Source: Promethearchaeota archaeon
GTDB taxonomy: Archaea; Asgardarchaeota; Lokiarchaeia; Sigyniarchaeales; SOKP01
Direction: 5' to 3'
Assembly (NCBI GenBank): GCA_019057795.1
Contig: JAHLWS010000049.1
Coordinates: forward strand, 32,001-96,000
DNA: 64,000 nt
A program made the translations under genes and the position numbers. Positions 40,676-51,047 of the stretch are shown piece by piece (positions within the stretch are counted from its first letter, which is position 1; every line of letters begins with the position of its first letter). Under the pieces are notes generated by a model. It made no database searches. It was not told the DNA's origin and saw only the letters and a list, made by a program, of their open reading frames with translations.

Positions 40676-42946
40676 TTACTTGTATAAGTCCGCTGTAGAG
40701 TCTTTGATATTTCTAGACACTGTAATTACTTTTGCCATATCTTCATACTTCTCAATAATATTAGCTGGTAAAGTAGATGCGATTTTAGAGAGCGCAAATT
40801 CAAAATGTTTGTATTCGATTTTATCTATATCTTCCTTTTTTTCTCTTATTGCTTGCATTCCCGCTTCTCTACAGACATTTTCTAAGTCAGCACCGCTATA
40901 ACCTTCAGTAATTTGGGCAATATGTTTCAATGAAACATCTTTGGCTAAGGGCATTTCGCTTGTATGAACTTCAAGTATCTTTATCCGTGATTCTAAATCA
41001 GGAACCGTTATATATAATAATCTATCAAAGCGACCAGGCCTTAATAGAGCAGAATCTACTAAATCTGGGCGATTGGTACTAGCAATTACTACAACTCCTT
41101 TTCTGTTCTCTAATCCGTCCATTTCTACAAGAATTTGATTTACAACTGAAGAAGTTACTCCCGATCCAGCTCCTTCATAAGAAATTCTAGCTGCCGTTAC
41201 TGCATCGATTTCGTCAAAATAAATGATCGAAGGAGACGCTTGACGCGCTTTTCTAAATATTTCTCTTACTGTTTTTTCACTTTCTCCAACCCATTTTGAA
41301 AAAATTTCGGGACCTTTCACAGTAATAAAATTAGATCGACTTTCATTTGCTATAGCTTTAGCCAAAAGAGTTTTTCCACATCCAGGGGGCCCAAAAAGTA
41401 AAATCCCATTTAATGGGCGAATTCCAGCTTTCTCAAAAAGTTTAGGATACTTTAAAGGCCATTCAACAGCTTCTCGCAACTCTTCTTTTATTTCTTCTAA
41501 GCCTCCAACATCTTCCCAACCAATATTCGGAATATCTATCATTATTTCTCGCATCGCTGAAGGCTCAACCATATTAATTGCCTGCATAAAATCTTTATCA
41601 GAAATCCTTAAATCCTGAATTATATCACTAGGTATAGGCTCATCTAAATTAATTTTAGGCAATATTCTTCTTAACGCAAATAACGCTGCTTCTCTACACA
41701 CTGCCATAATATCAGCTCCTACAAACCCATAAGTTATCTCCGAATATTGATTAAGGTCTATATCTTCCTCAAGTGGCATTCCCCTTGTATGAATTTGCAA
41801 TATTTCTTTTCGTCCTTTCACCGTAGGAACTCCAAATTCTATTTCACGATCAAATCTTCCTGGTCTTCGTAAGGCTTCGTCTAATGCATTAATTCTATTT
41901 GTAGCACCTACAACAATTATATGACCCCTACTTTGTATCCCATCCATCAATGAAAGCAACTGAGACACAACTCGTCTTTCTACTTCTCCGGATGTATCGC
42001 TTCTTTTAGGAGCGATAGAATCAATTTCATCAATAAATATTATAGAGGGTGCATTTTTTTCCGCATCGTCGAATAACTCCCGAAGCCTTCCCTCACTAGC
42101 TCCATAAAATTTGCTCATAATTTCTGGACCATTTATAGAAATAAAATAAGCGTTTGATTCTTGAGATACAGCTTTTGCCATTAAAGTTTTCCCCGTACCT
42201 GAAGGTCCATAGAAAAGTACGCCTTTTGGGGGCTCAATATTTAACCTATGAAAGAGTTCTGGGTGTTTTAGGGGTAATTCTACCATTTCTCGAATTCTCT
42301 GGATTTCGTCAGTTAAACCACCTACATCGTCATAAGTAACTATTCCTCCAGATATGTTTAGTAAAGCAACTCGTTTATTAACTTTAATTCTAGTATCACG
42401 AGTGATTTTTACAATTTTGTTAGCTGGTGATGTATTTTCAACGACCAGTCTTAATAGACCTAAAGTTGGTCTCCTCTTGGTTCTCATGAACATATTCATC
42501 ATCTGATTCATTGGATTATCCGGATCTGTCTTTTGATAAACAGCTCCTAAAACTTCGACTATATCTCCTGTAACAACGGGTTTATCAATTAGTTTTGCTA
42601 AAATAGATTCGGATTGTTTTTTTAAATCTATATTGGCTTTAGTTGGTGTTAACACAATCTCTTCGGCAGGATATATTTTCGCAAGTTTAATTGAAATAAA
42701 CTCACCAATCGTTGCCCCAGCATTAAGTCGTTGAAGTCCATCTAATCTTATTGTCCCCCTCCCTTTATCAGCAATGCTAGCTACGACTATACCCGTAGTT
42801 TTCTTTTTTCCCCTTATTTCAATTATGCTTCCCGTGCTTAAACCCATATTTTCAACAATTTCTTGGTCAAGATAACATAATGAACGGCCGCTACGAGATT
42901 TTTCTAGCTCTTCTATCCTTACTTTAATTTCTTTTATTGAAGACAT
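40676..42946 (-). CDS. cdc48: Cdc48/VCP-family AAA+ ATPase
   Basis: N-domain plus two AAA modules ([23 protein letters not shown]). Confidence 0.96.
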   Translation of the reverse strand: MSSIKEIKVRIEELEKSRSGRSLCYLDQEIVENMGLSTGSIIEIRGKKKTTGIVVASIADKGRGTIRLDGLQRLNAGATIGEFISIKLAKIYPAEEIVLTPTKANIDLKKQSESILAKLIDKPVVTGDIVEVLGAVYQKTDPDNPMNQMMNMFMRTKRRPTLGLLRLVVENTSPANKIVKITRDTRIKVNKRVALLNISGGIVTYDDVGGLTDEIQRIREMVELPLKHPELFHRLNIEPPKGVLFYGPSGTGKTLMAKAVSQESNAYFISINGPEIMSKFYGASEGRLRELFDDAEKNAPSIIFIDEIDSIAPKRSDTSGEVERRVVSQLLSLMDGIQSRGHIIVVGATNRINALDEALRRPGRFDREIEFGVPTVKGRKEILQIHTRGMPLEEDIDLNQYSEITYGFVGADIMAVCREAALFALRRILPKINLDEPIPSDIIQDLRISDKDFMQAINMVEPSAMREIMIDIPNIGWEDVGGLEEIKEELREAVEWPLKYPKLFEKAGIRPLNGILLFGPPGCGKTLLAKAIANESRSNFITVKGPEIFSKWVGESEKTVREIFRKARQASPSIIYFDEIDAVTAARISYEGAGSGVTSSVVNQILVEMDGLENRKGVVVIASTNRPDLVDSALLRPGRFDRLLYITVPDLESRIKILEVHTSEMPLAKDVSLKHIAQITEGYSGADLENVCREAGMQAIREKKEDIDKIEYKHFEFALSKIASTLPANIIEKYEDMAKVITVSRNIKDSTADLYK

Positions 42947-43066
42947 GATGAAAATTGATTAATTATTTATAGTATTAAAATATTACAGTTTCAAATTTAT
43001 ATAGTAAATGGTAATTTATGTTTTTTTCTATTTTTTTTTATAATTGTCGAGTAAGAATTAATAAAT

Positions 43067-43867
43067 TTAATAGGAAATTTCTAAGTTTAAGTTCTTTTCT
43101 AGAAATGTTATATATTCCTTTGAAATTTTTGAGTCTTTAAGAGATAAATTTAAAGATTTTTTAATAAATAATTTTCTTAATTTTAATATTCTATTTTTAT
43201 AGATTTGCAACTCTGGATTCTTTAATAACTCTCCAACAATAAGCCTAGTTTGTTTATCTAATACCTTGTGATACCGATCAATAATTTGAACTTCGTTTCT
43301 CCTTGTTGTATCGCTTTTTCTCGCCAATTTTAAGTTAGTATTAAAAATTATAACTAAATTCGTTATTTCTATTTTTAGATTCTCAGTTTTCGATAAATCA
43401 TAACTTTTTAGTGGTTTATCCCAATTATAATTATGAAAAGAATCAAATTTTTCATTCACATTAAATATTACTTGGTTTGGAATCGTACAACCCCTTTTTT
43501 CATTCCATTTAACACATACTTCGAAGGGTGTTGCTATATAAATAAAAAAGAAGTATTTTTTTAAATTCTCAGCGATTTCTTTTAAATCATGTCTCATGCT
43601 TGTATAATAATTTAAATCGTCGCTAATAACAATAAAATTGTTCTTTAAAGAAGATTCTATTCTCTCTAAATTAGTTTTTCTTACAAAATGTTCATTTTTG
43701 GAATTAAATTTATTTGGAAAATGAATATTCCTAATTTTGTCAGGGTCTATTATTTTAACCTTATACGAAGTTATTTGCTCTATAGTTTCTTTTAGCAAGA
43801 TTGCAAATGTAGTTTTACCCGAAGCTGGTAATCCAACTAAAACTATTAAAAAGTTTTGATCAATCAC
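43067..43867 (-). CDS. pstK: O-phosphoseryl-tRNA(Sec) kinase (PSTK/Kti12 family)
   Basis: GLPASGKTT, DKIR, DDLNYYTSMRHDL, RGxxIPNQVI, WDKP. Confidence 0.82.
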   Translation of the reverse strand: MIDQNFLIVLVGLPASGKTTFAILLKETIEQITSYKVKIIDPDKIRNIHFPNKFNSKNEHFVRKTNLERIESSLKNNFIVISDDLNYYTSMRHDLKEIAENLKKYFFFIYIATPFEVCVKWNEKRGCTIPNQVIFNVNEKFDSFHNYNWDKPLKSYDLSKTENLKIEITNLVIIFNTNLKLARKSDTTRRNEVQIIDRYHKVLDKQTRLIVGELLKNPELQIYKNRILKLRKLFIKKSLNLSLKDSKISKEYITFLEKNLNLEISY

Positions 43868-44144
43868 TTACTTCTTCAGCTTCATCAAAGGTTTTTATTA
43901 ATTCTATTTTTTGTTTCCTAGAAAAAGTTTTAATTTCTAGTTCTCTCCTCATCGCATCCTTTCTTTCCATAAAAGATTCGAAATATTTTAATTGAATTTT
44001 CTTTTTCCCTCGACAAAATTTAGCCCCAGTTCCCTTTTTATGTTCTTGTAATCTTCTGTTAAGATTATTAGTATAACCCGTATAGAATCTTTTTTTGTTA
44101 TTTTTCGCAATCGTTTCTAATATATATACGAAATAAAGAGACAT
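43860..44144 (-). CDS. small GIY-YIG nuclease (UPF0213-like)
   Basis: FVYIL...YTGYTNNLNRRLQEHKKGTGAKF...AMRRELEIK. Confidence 0.9.
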   Translation of the reverse strand: MSLYFVYILETIAKNNKKRFYTGYTNNLNRRLQEHKKGTGAKFCRGKKKIQLKYFESFMERKDAMRRELEIKTFSRKQKIELIKTFDEAEEVSD

Positions 44145-44346
44145 GTCAGATTCACTATTTATAAAATGCTTTTTTTCCTATTTATATTTTAGGCGTATAT
44201 TTAATATTTTAATGTTGTTAAAAGAAAGTGTGCAATTCAGTATATATATGTATTATATCTTCTTAATTAAAAATTAAAAATTAAATTTATTAATAAAAAC
44301 TTATATAATTTTTAAAGGAAGCTTTTGATTTTTTAGGTGTGGTGCT

Positions 44347-44982
44347 ATTCCTCTAGGTATTTGCTTGATTAAATGGGATGAGATTCTTGGTGGAAATATA
44401 TACATGAAATATCCCAATGATGTAGCAATTCCTGATAATGTCGTACAACAGATCCAAATTTCGCACAATTTCGTTGAATCGTACATTACAATTGAAGAAA
44501 AGAATTGGAATTCAATTTCATATTATAACGAAGACAAAGAAATCATTATCGTATTAGTTTTAGATAAATACGACGACAGTTCAGATTATACCGTTATTTT
44601 AGATGAGTTCAAAAAAGAGTTAGAGTTAGAGTTAAACGAAGATAGCCTCAAAGAACATATAGAAAGAATATATAATCTTTCCTTAAAAGTTTTTAGAACT
44701 AGAGACGAAGTAATAGCGAAATTAAGCAATGAAGTAGCTCATCTTAAAACTATGGAATATGATTTTAAAAAGAAATTTGAAATGATTTTAAAATCAGATC
44801 ATCTAAAAGTAAAGAGCAAAATTCAGTTTTTATTAGCAATTAACGAAGAAATGAAATATAAGGATATTAAAAAATCTATTAATACTAGTAAAAGATGGTT
44901 AGATAGTGTCCTTGACGCTCTTTCTAAAAATAAAATTATCAAGTATGATAACGAAAAAGATACCTATTATCTTATTGTTTGA
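44347..44982 (+). CDS. uDENN/longin-like N-terminal domain, coiled coil and C-terminal winged helix
   Basis: (I/M)PLGICLIKWDEILGG...KYP start; C-terminal SKRWLDSVLDALSKNKIIKYD..YYL; start inferred at ATT 44347 (track start 44365). Confidence 0.6.
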   Translation: MPLGICLIKWDEILGGNIYMKYPNDVAIPDNVVQQIQISHNFVESYITIEEKNWNSISYYNEDKEIIIVLVLDKYDDSSDYTVILDEFKKELELELNEDSLKEHIERIYNLSLKVFRTRDEVIAKLSNEVAHLKTMEYDFKKKFEMILKSDHLKVKSKIQFLLAINEEMKYKDIKKSINTSKRWLDSVLDALSKNKIIKYDNEKDTYYLIV

Positions 44983-45090
44983 ATATATCTAAACACTCTT
45001 TAATAAAAAAATACATTATTAAAAAAGTTCTTACTTTTATTATTATAAATTCAAAATTTGAATCTTTTAAAAATAATTGGATAAAAAACC

Positions 45091-46224
45091 ATGAACCTTT
45101 CAGATGAAGAACAAAATGAAGTCCTAAAAGTAATGAAATCTCAAATGTTAACACTACTGCACGGTGAATATGTTAAAAAATTTGAGGAAGAATTCGCTCG
45201 TTACATTGGCGTAAAACACGCTATTGGTGTTAATACCGGGACTGCTGCGTTACATATGTCTATAGCCGCTTTGGATATAGGGCCCGGAGATGAGGTTATT
45301 ATCCCTCCTTTTACATTTATCGCGACTGCTAGCTCAATTCTGCATAACAATGCTATTCCTATATTTGCAGATATAGATAATAAATCCTATACTATCGATC
45401 CCGAATCCGTGAAAAAATCTATTACGGATAAAACTAAGGCAATTATTCCAGTTCATTTGGCGGGTATTTCAGCCGATATGGGTGCCCTTAAAGACATTGC
45501 AAACGATTTTAATTTATATCTGATTGAAGACGCTTGTCAATCGCATGGAACAAAATATTTGGGTAAGAAAGTTGGTTCTCTTGGAGATATTAACACTTTT
45601 AGTTTTTACCCTTCAAAAAATATGACTACTGGAGAAGGCGGTATGATAACAACAAACAACGACGAGCTAGCTGAACAATGCCGTTTACTTAGACATCACG
45701 GTGAACCAGAGTGGTACGTATACAATCGTTTAGGTTATAATTATAGGATGACTGAAATACAAGCCGCAATAGGAAGAGTTCAATTAAAGAAAATCGATAA
45801 ATTTATAGAAATAAGAAATAAAAATGCTATGTATTTAACAGAAGCAGTAAACAAAATAGACGGAATTGATCCACCTTATATCCCTGATTATTGTGAACCC
45901 GCTTTTAATTATTGGATAGGGCGTATTCATCCTAAAAAACTCGGTTTGAATAAAGCTGAATTTTTAAACAAATTTCCTAAGAGTAAAGTCCTTTACCCTA
46001 AACCCTTATACGAAACTAAATTATTCAAGGAAAAAATCGCGTATCCAAAAGGATGTCCCTGGTCGTGTCCTTATTATGGCAAAGAAATAGATTATAATAA
46101 AATAGAATTACCTATAGTTGATAAAGTTACCAAAGAGATTTTTGCTTTAGATATCCACCCAAAAACGACTAAAGAGGGTCTAGATCAGAGTATTAATTCA
46201 ATGCAGAACATAATCAAGAAATAA
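45091..46224 (+). CDS. DegT/DnrJ/EryC1/StrS PLP aminotransferase
   Basis: NTGTAAL, IEDACQSHG, FSFYPSKNMTTGEGG, GYNYRM. Confidence 0.93.
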   Translation: MNLSDEEQNEVLKVMKSQMLTLLHGEYVKKFEEEFARYIGVKHAIGVNTGTAALHMSIAALDIGPGDEVIIPPFTFIATASSILHNNAIPIFADIDNKSYTIDPESVKKSITDKTKAIIPVHLAGISADMGALKDIANDFNLYLIEDACQSHGTKYLGKKVGSLGDINTFSFYPSKNMTTGEGGMITTNNDELAEQCRLLRHHGEPEWYVYNRLGYNYRMTEIQAAIGRVQLKKIDKFIEIRNKNAMYLTEAVNKIDGIDPPYIPDYCEPAFNYWIGRIHPKKLGLNKAEFLNKFPKSKVLYPKPLYETKLFKEKIAYPKGCPWSCPYYGKEIDYNKIELPIVDKVTKEIFALDIHPKTTKEGLDQSINSMQNIIKK

Positions 46225-46249
46225 ATAGTAGGGTGAGAATCTTCTTTTT

Positions 46250-46522
46250 ATGAAAAGAATTATAATCAAAGTATATGGAAGCGTTCAAGGTGTTTTCTTT
46301 CGCTACACTACACGTAAAGTGGCACGCACAATAGGTTTAACTGGATTTGTTAAAAATCTGGCTGATGGAAGCGTTTATATCGAAGCTGAAGGAAACGAAA
46401 GCGACTTAAAGAAATTACTTGAGTTCGCAAAAAAAGGTCCGAAATATGCTAAAGTTGAAAATATAAAATATGAATTTAAAGAAGCTCAAAATAAATATAA
46501 GGGTTTCGATTACTTCGTTTAA
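46250..46522 (+). CDS. acyP: acylphosphatase
   Basis: GSVQGVFFR, GFVKNLADGSV. Confidence 0.93.
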   Translation: MKRIIIKVYGSVQGVFFRYTTRKVARTIGLTGFVKNLADGSVYIEAEGNESDLKKLLEFAKKGPKYAKVENIKYEFKEAQNKYKGFDYFV

Positions 46523-46628
46523 TGAGGATTTTTCTCAAATAATTTCACATCTTTCTACTTTAATTTCCAAGGAATATATTACGTAGATATTATTAAAGAA
46601 AATAAATAATATTTCGATATTATTACTC

Positions 46629-46982
46629 ATGTCAGTATTATTAAAGAGAAATAAATTCCTTCAATTCTTTCAATCTATCAACCATAATAAAATCAAATAT
46701 CAAGGACCATTAATTTTAAGGATGTACGGTTTATTAAATGAATTAGAATTGCGTAATGAAAATAGATACATTCTATGTAATTTCATAGATCAAAATAGTG
46801 AATTATTCGATTTAAAAAGGGATATATACAAAAACAATCACGATGTATCCTTGAATCAATTATTTCTCTTTGCCTATCATAAAGCTAGGACAAATGATCT
46901 ATTAAACAACTTATATGGGGAATATTTTAACTGTATTGATGCAATATCGAAAAAAGTTGACACTCAGACTAATTTATCTTAA
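46629..46982 (+). CDS. hypothetical protein
   Basis: 117-aa ORF filling the gap between recognised genes. Confidence 0.6.
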   Translation: MSVLLKRNKFLQFFQSINHNKIKYQGPLILRMYGLLNELELRNENRYILCNFIDQNSELFDLKRDIYKNNHDVSLNQLFLFAYHKARTNDLLNNLYGEYFNCIDAISKKVDTQTNLS

Positions 46983-47110
46983 ATCCCGTTAATCGAGTTG
47001 AAATCTCATTACACCATAATTAAATACTCTTAAATATTTAGATGAAAATTATTAATAAGGATAAGTATTATTATGAAAGTAAAGAAAATCAATATTTTAT
47101 GTGAATAACT

Positions 47111-47647
47111 ATGACCACTGAACCTGAATCAAACTATATTATAAAAATTTGCTTACTCGGAGAAGCCAATGTCGGTAAAACCTCATTGGTTTATAGATTT
47201 ATCGAAAATAAATTTAAAGATAATTATAAAAGCACTCTTGGCGTAAACCTTTTAAAGAAAGATATGGAACTTAAAGGGTATGGCGATGTTTCTGCTCAGA
47301 TATGGGATCTTGGTGGTCAAGAAAGCTTTAGAAGTCTCCGGAGGTTGTATTTAGAAGGCGCAAATGGCGCTTTAGTTATATACGATTGTACTAAAAGAAA
47401 TACTTATGAAAAACTTCATGACTGGATCCAAGACTTTAAAGACGCCAGAGGAGACGAGCCTTTGATTCTAATTGGAAACAAAAACGATTTAACTGATAAA
47501 ATCAAAATTACTGAGAGCGAAGCAAGCGAATTTGCAAAGAGTTATAACATGGAATTTGTATTCACTTCTGCTAAAACAGGATCTAATGTAGAAGAAGCTT
47601 TTTTAGAAATCACAAAAAAAATTTTGGATAAAAATTTGAATAAATAG
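47111..47647 (+). CDS. Rab-like small GTPase
   Basis: GEANVGKT, WDLGGQE, NKND, TSAKTG. Confidence 0.93.
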   Translation: MTTEPESNYIIKICLLGEANVGKTSLVYRFIENKFKDNYKSTLGVNLLKKDMELKGYGDVSAQIWDLGGQESFRSLRRLYLEGANGALVIYDCTKRNTYEKLHDWIQDFKDARGDEPLILIGNKNDLTDKIKITESEASEFAKSYNMEFVFTSAKTGSNVEEAFLEITKKILDKNLNK

Positions 47648-47803
47648 AGATGTAGATTTAATCTCTACATATTTTATATCTGAATTTTTTCTCATTAATA
47701 AAGACTTTATAAACAAAAAATCATTTATAAAGAAATACCCTTTTTAGAAGAATATAATTTTTCTTAAATTAATTCAAATCATATTCATTAATATTGATGT
47801 AAG

Positions 47804-48553
47804 ATGGTAAAAGAAGTAAAAAAAGTAAAAGAAGTAAAAAAAGTAAAAGAAGTAAAAAAAGTAGAAGAAGTAGAGAAAGAAAAGGAAGAGAAGGAAGAAA
47901 AGGAAGTAAAAAAAGTAGAAGTAGAGGACGATGACGAATTCGACGATGAGGCTGATAAGGCTGAAGGTATCGATTACAAGATAGAGAATGTGGTAGCAAC
48001 TGTAGTTGTCGAGATCACAGAAAAAATCGATTTAAATATAATTGCTCGCAAACATGCTGATGTTGAATATAATCCTGAAAGATTTCCAGGATTAGTTATG
48101 AGAATTCTAAAACCGAAAGCAACTATCTTAATTTTCTCGACTGGAAAGATGGTAGTTACCGGTATGCGCAAAGCTTCGGAAGCCGATAGGGTTGTGGAGA
48201 AGGTGTTAAAGAATATAAGAAAAGCCGGAATAAAAGTATCCAATCCTGAAATTACCATTCAAAATATAGTAGCTAGTGGAGATTTGCACACTAATATAGA
48301 TTTAAATATGGCTGCAATTGTTATGGAGTTCGCTATGTACGAGCCAGAAGTCTTCCCTGGGTTAATCTATCGAATGCCAGACCCAAAAACCGTATTTTTA
48401 ATATTCAGCACTGGAAGGATTGTTTGTACAGGAGCAAAAAAAAGATCAATTGTTAGAGAAGCTGTAAAGTTGTTAAATGTACAGGTACGGGAGCTTGGTG
48501 TCGCAAAAAAGGACTTAGGCAATCCTGATTATCAAGATATAACCTTCATTTAA
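47804..48553 (+). CDS. tbp: TATA-box binding protein with charged N-terminal extension
   Basis: IENVVAT, YNPERFPGL, IFSTGK, IQNIVAS, YEPEVFPGLIYR. Confidence 0.96.
   Translation: MVKEVKKVKEVKKVKEVKKVEEVEKEKEEKEEKEVKKVEVEDDDEFDDEADKAEGIDYKIENVVATVVVEITEKIDLNIIARKHADVEYNPERFPGLVMRILKPKATILIFSTGKMVVTGMRKASEADRVVEKVLKNIRKAGIKVSNPEITIQNIVASGDLHTNIDLNMAAIVMEFAMYEPEVFPGLIYRMPDPKTVFLIFSTGRIVCTGAKKRSIVREAVKLLNVQVRELGVAKKDLGNPDYQDITFI
47807..47860 (+). repeat. 18-bp tandem repeat x3 encoding VKEVKK
   Basis: GTAAAAGAAGTAAAAAAA x3 followed by degenerate copies. Confidence 0.9.
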
Positions 48554-48789
48554 TTTATTCATTATTTATTTTTTTATTTTAAATATTATTAAGGCTAATC
48601 TTGCTTGGTTGATCTTAAATTATTTAGTTAAATTTGCAAACTACTAATTCAGCTAAATTACTCTCAAAAAAAGTTGTAACTGAAATTAAAACTAGTTCGT
48701 CAAGTTTTAACTAGATTTTTAATTTCAACTTTATTTTTATACCTATCACTAACAAACTCAAAATACTTGAAAGATGATGGATTTTAAAT

Positions 48790-49298
48790 TTAATCTTTTT
48801 GAAACACGATCATAAATTCACAGTATGTATTTCCTGATTGTAAACTGCAATTTACTTCTTGTGCGAAACAATGTATATTAGTCATTCTTTCAACCAAACC
48901 TGCTAATAAACCCGCTTCGAAGGAACAAAAACTTCCTTCTGTTTTAATTCCTTTATTGATAAGATCTTTAATTGAAGAATGCCCACTTAGTTTCAATTGA
49001 ACTAATTCCTCTGAACTTTCCGTAATCTCGACCTCTCCCAAATTATATTCGGTAATTTTTTTTTTAAGTGCTTCAGGTATGTTTTTAACGTCTTTAAGTT
49101 GTTTTACTTTTAGGATGGTTCCTAATTCATGATTCATGACTCATGTCATAAATTTTCATGCCCTAAATAGTAAAATATAGCCTCTAACTGATGACCTAGA
49201 GCCAACAAAGCCCCTACTTTCATATCTCCAATCTCTTTTCCATCTTCCAAATGTTTTCTCATTTGTATTAAAATTTTCGAAAGCAACGATCTATCCAT
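48790..49298 (-). pseudogene. V4R-domain gene frameshifted by a 29-bp insertion
   Basis: ATG at 49298 (GGAG upstream) gives MDRSLLSKIL...YLGHE; removing 49132-49160 joins it to LGTIL...CSFEAGLLAG...EVNC...GNTYCEF, 159 aa. Confidence 0.8.
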
Positions 49299-49335
49299 TT
49301 TTTAAAACTCCTTTTTTTTTAATTTTTTTTTATAT

Positions 49336-49629
49336 TTATATTTTTACGGAGGAAATAAACCCATATAATATCGCGTCAATAATATCCTCCTCTTGAATAT
49401 TTAAACTTAACCTTCTATCTGCCACAATTACCGTAGGCAAGGAGGTGATTTTATATTCGGTAGTTAATTTGTAATTTTTTTCTACATCTATTTTTTCAAT
49501 ATACAATTTCTTACCAAACATTGATATATTAATTCTCTTCAGCATTTCTTCTACTGGTTTACAAGGAGAGCAATAGGATGATGAAAAGAATAAAATCCTC
49601 GGGTAACCTTGTTGAAAATTTACTGACAT
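49336..49629 (-). CDS. thioredoxin-fold protein
   Basis: YCSPC, KIDVEKN...ITSLPT. Confidence 0.85.
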   Translation of the reverse strand: MSVNFQQGYPRILFFSSSYCSPCKPVEEMLKRINISMFGKKLYIEKIDVEKNYKLTTEYKITSLPTVIVADRRLSLNIQEEDIIDAILYGFISSVKI

Positions 49630-49669
49630 AAATTAACCTTATGAATACCAGTAGATTATTGAATAAATT

Positions 49670-50218
49670 TTATTGATCCTTATATTTTTCATAAAGGGTT
49701 TTTATAATTGCTTGAAATGCTTCATAAACTCCAGTCCCTGTTTTTGCGCTGGTTTTGTAATATCCTAGAAAACTCTTTTCATTAGTTAGCTTTTCAACCT
49801 TGCTATCATCAAATGATTCTTTGCTCACTAAATCAATCTTGTTACCGAATAATACAATTGGAATATCTCCACAATATTTTTTAATATCATCATGCCATTC
49901 TGAGATGCTAGAAAAGCTTTTTTCTTCTTCTTCCGGCGCATGAGAAAAAACTATGATTGCGGCTTTACTTCCCTTGTAAAATGTAGGCCTCATAAAGGAA
50001 AACTCGGATTGACCTGCTATATCCCAAAAGAATAATTTAACGTGGCTATTATCAATTTTCTCGTCATATTTCGAAAATTGCGCGCCTAAAGTTTTTATAT
50101 ATTCTTTTTTAAAACTGCCTTTTGTGTATTTTTTGATTAAGGATGTTTTTCCGACAGCACCTTCACCTATCACTGTTATCTTAAACACGAAATCCTTTCT
50201 TTCATCACTTTCTTTCAT
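49670..50218 (-). CDS. Rab-like small GTPase
   Basis: GEGAVGKT, WDIAGQ, NKID, TSAKTG. Confidence 0.93.
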   Translation of the reverse strand: MKESDERKDFVFKITVIGEGAVGKTSLIKKYTKGSFKKEYIKTLGAQFSKYDEKIDNSHVKLFFWDIAGQSEFSFMRPTFYKGSKAAIIVFSHAPEEEEKSFSSISEWHDDIKKYCGDIPIVLFGNKIDLVSKESFDDSKVEKLTNEKSFLGYYKTSAKTGTGVYEAFQAIIKTLYEKYKDQ

Positions 50219-50403
50219 AGAATCACATCACAATTTTTGTTTTGTATCTCTATTTATTTCTTCTTAACTACTTTAAAATATAAATTATAAATATTGTTTT
50301 TTATTTATATTGCTTTTTATTATACAATGAATTGTTATAAATCTTCCAGTTTCTTACAATATTAACCAGAAAAAATAACTTATAAAATAGTGATAGAAAA
50401 ATA

Positions 50404-50880
50404 ATGGTAATTTTCGATATTGTCAAAGAAATTGTCGTTAAGTTTACAAAGAATAATATTAAATTAGCAATTGCTGAATCGTGTACAGGAGGGTATATTT
50501 CAAACGCAATAACTAATATTTCTGGCGCTTCTAAAGTATTTGAACGTGGAATCATCTGTTATAGCAATAATTCTAAAATTGATCTTTTAAATGTTGATCC
50601 CGGTAGGATTGATAAATTTGGAGCAGTGTCAGAAATAGTAGCAAAACAATTGGCGTATAACATTAGAGTCCTTTCAAATGTTGACATAGGAATAGGGATT
50701 ACCGGTATCGCAGGACCTACTGGCGGTACAGCTGAAAAACCTGTAGGCTTAGTTTTTATTGGTTTTTCATCTGAAAAGGACACTATTGTGGAAAAGCATC
50801 AATTTAAGGCGGAAAGAATTACATTTAAAGAAAAAGTTTTAGAAAAAGTTCTTTCTTGGCTTCAAAATTTCTCCTTATGA
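50404..50880 (+). CDS. CinA C-terminal/PncC NMN deamidase
   Basis: AESCTGG, GAVS, ITGIAGP, KPVGLV. Confidence 0.92.
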   Translation: MVIFDIVKEIVVKFTKNNIKLAIAESCTGGYISNAITNISGASKVFERGIICYSNNSKIDLLNVDPGRIDKFGAVSEIVAKQLAYNIRVLSNVDIGIGITGIAGPTGGTAEKPVGLVFIGFSSEKDTIVEKHQFKAERITFKEKVLEKVLSWLQNFSL

Positions 50881-51047
50881 GACAACACTTTTTTCTCTAA
50901 TTTTCAAATTTTCATATTTTTTTATAGATTGAGTAAAAAAGAATGAGTAAGTAAAAAAAAATACTGAACTTATTTGAATGGAGTTATTAAAGAATAATAA
51001 TTAATGTCTTTGTTTTCGATAACGCCTTTATATTTTTTGAAAAAAAA

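Noticed and set aside
43860-44144. GIY-YIG ORF as a homing endonuclease or mobile element
   Set aside because: It is a short stand-alone UPF0213-like protein in a housekeeping operon, with no intron or element boundaries.
47650-47670. ATGTAGA/TCTACAT hairpin after a GTPase gene
   Set aside because: Short AT-rich stem; could be a terminator but is not distinguishable from chance.
49135-49150. TGA codons in the V4R gene as selenocysteine read-through
   Set aside because: The two halves are in different frames; a 29-bp insertion explains the break.
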